Of a stretch of DNA of 25,822 nt, positions 24,461 to 25,822 are shown in pieces. Under the pieces are notes generated by a model. It did no database searches. It was not told the DNA's origin and saw only the letters and a program-made list of their open reading frames with translations. How positions within the stretch are numbered: position 1 is the stretch's first letter; each line of letters opens with the position of its first letter. Source of the stretch: an uncultured virus (IMG/VR IMGVR_UViG_2806310815_000005) (lineage: Duplodnaviria; Heunggongvirae; Uroviricota; Caudoviricetes); the IMG/VR virus record IMGVR_UViG_2806310815_000005. The stretch is one strand, 5' to 3'. Position numbers and translations under genes: made by a program.

Positions 24461-25822
24461 ATGGCACAAATAGAAGATTGCGGTTGCACAGAAAACCAAC
24501 CTTGTGGAGAATGTAAACATAAACATTCAACTATATGTATACTTCACGAAGGAGTGAGACTTACAACCATTGACACATATAAAGGGGAAAATTTAGAGAG
24601 TATCTTAGATAAAATAGATGCACTTTTTAAACAACTAAACGATGCAGTATTCGCAGGAAGCTCTTATTTAAATGTAGGCGGTGGTTCAGAAGTTTTCTCA
24701 AAAGTAAATGCTCAATCAAAAGCAGAGTTTAGAACTTTGGTTGGGGGTGTAGGTATTAGTTTAGTTCAAAATTTAGAGACAATAGGTATATCTATTAATG
24801 AAGCTTATATTAATAATCTGATATCCCAAGGCGAGAGTGCGGATATAAATACCACTATGACTAACTTAGTAAGTGGTAAAAGGATTGCAACCTATACTAA
24901 TGAAGAAGGCAGTACTTACGATATTGATGAAACAATTACCACTTTTGTAGATAATGGCAATGGTAGCTTCACATATACAAATGAGCAAGGTACATCGGTA
25001 ACATTCTCTGCAAACGGTTTAGAGACTATAACAGCACTTACAAATGTAAAGGCAGGAAATAGGATAGGTACGTATACAAATGAGAATGGTGTTTCAGTAG
25101 ATATAGATGAGACTATAACAAACCTTGTAAATAACAATGATAATACTCTTACCTATACTAAAGAAGACGGCACTACCGCATCTTATTCTCCGTTAAGCAG
25201 TTCTACAGTACAAAAAGGAGTTATAGAAACGGCAACAAACTTAGAAGTGCAAGCAGGAACAGATAATGAAAGAGCTATAACACCTTCAGGACTCTCTTCA
25301 AGAACAGCTACAGAAACAAGAACAGGTATATTAGAAACAGCTACACAAGCAGAATCTGATGCTTTATCAGCAGTAGATAAAATAGTAACACCTGGGACTA
25401 TACCAATAGCAAGTGAAACACAACAAGGATTGTCGGAAAGAGCTACACAAGCAGAAGTAGACGCAGGAACAGATACAACTAGGTACGTTACACCTGCTAC
25501 ACTTCAATCTAAGCTAGACGATGAAATAGGAGGCATCTCGGCAGGATTACAAACAACAACTGTAAATTTAAATACAAGTTCTTGGGGCGATAATCAGGAG
25601 CTTTTACTAAGCCACAACATAGGCTCTAACCCAATAACGGCTTTTATGACAGCTACAGTAGTTTCAGGAAGCCAAGAAGGATGGGTAGTTGGAGACAGAG
25701 TACAAATAACACCTAATGCGCATAATTACGAGAATGAAACAGATGGTGGAGTTACTATACAATTTACATCCACAACTCAATTTAGGCTTATAATAGGAGA
25801 TGTAATAGTAGCTTTAAACAAA
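24461..25822 (+). CDS. Tail fibre protein, 3'-truncated by the window edge (>454 aa; not in the ORF track)
   Basis: Translated by hand: MAQIEDCGCTENQPCGECKHKHSTIC... with no stop before the window end. Contains four TYT(N/K)E.G beta-repeats and three T4 gp34/gp12-like ATETRTG..E.ATQAE...D...VTP repeats. Confidence 0.85.
   Translation, partial: MAQIEDCGCTENQPCGECKHKHSTICILHEGVRLTTIDTYKGENLESILDKIDALFKQLNDAVFAGSSYLNVGGGSEVFSKVNAQSKAEFRTLVGGVGISLVQNLETIGISINEAYINNLISQGESADINTTMTNLVSGKRIATYTNEEGSTYDIDETITTFVDNGNGSFTYTNEQGTSVTFSANGLETITALTNVKAGNRIGTYTNENGVSVDIDETITNLVNNNDNTLTYTKEDGTTASYSPLSSSTVQKGVIETATNLEVQAGTDNERAITPSGLSSRTATETRTGILETATQAESDALSAVDKIVTPGTIPIASETQQGLSERATQAEVDAGTDTTRYVTPATLQSKLDDEIGGISAGLQTTTVNLNTSSWGDNQELLLSHNIGSNPITAFMTATVVSGSQEGWVVGDRVQITPNAHNYENETDGGVTIQFTSTTQFRLIIGDVIVALNK

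Larger units (their letters stand above)
1..25822 (+). mobile_element. Bacteriophage genome segment (Caudoviricetes, Crassvirales-like structural/lysis module; probable Bacteroidota host)
   Basis: Co-oriented terminase-portal-scaffold-MCP block with crAss-like sizes (about 920/934/386/572 aa), followed by lysis and fibre genes. Bacteroidota-type promoters. No cellular housekeeping genes and no integrase in the window. Confidence 0.9.

Noticed and set aside
1889..25137. The other short minus-strand ORFs in the track (61-79 aa)
   Set aside because: They lie opposite well-supported + strand genes and have no recognisable motifs. They are expected antisense shadows.
1..25822. Stop-codon reassignment (TAG or TGA recoding known in some crAss-like phages)
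   Set aside because: The standard code gives long, intact, tightly packed ORFs, and TAG serves as a plausible stop with normal overlaps (260, 459, 910, 7792, 11335, 16654). None of the called genes ends in TGA, but none needs TGA read-through either.
1..25822. CRISPR array, tRNA/rRNA genes, DGR or invertible fibre cassette
   Set aside because: No repeat-spacer arrays, cloverleaf or rRNA-like segments, reverse transcriptase, recombinase or adenine-specific repeat pairs were seen. Intergenic spaces are too short. Such elements elsewhere in the genome cannot be excluded.

Overview
An AT-rich, densely coding window with all credible genes on the + strand. It is the virion-morphogenesis and lysis region of a tailed dsDNA phage with a Crassvirales-like gene order, probably infecting a Bacteroidota (Flavobacteriaceae-type) host. 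The host inference rests on TAnnTTTG (-7) promoter boxes and A-rich leaders without Shine-Dalgarno (SD) sequences. Gene order: three small hypothetical genes, large terminase with a long N-terminal extension, portal, acidic scaffold-like protein, major capsid protein (MCP), a free-standing Hef-like endonuclease (4 Zn-binding repeats, Vsr/DUF559-type nuclease, GNAT/Mom-like domain), two conserved capsid-block genes, a 704-aa structural protein, a six-gene lysis cassette (XhlA-like membrane protein, cupin, TM/coiled-coil protein, 3-TM holin, GH19-like endolysin, TM/beta-strand protein), two putative tail-hub genes and four fibre/spike genes sharing an N-terminal Cys-rich module. The last fibre gene (24461..>25822) runs off the window and is missing from the ORF track. 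The most notable points are a lysis cassette with no lipoprotein spanin but a candidate inner-to-outer-membrane spanning protein, the only strong SD of the window at the head of that cassette (overlapping a possible terminator/SD-hairpin switch), a fixed-spacing upstream element in four promoters, and the nuclease/Mom-like fusion. All family calls come from motif recognition by eye. No database searches were run.
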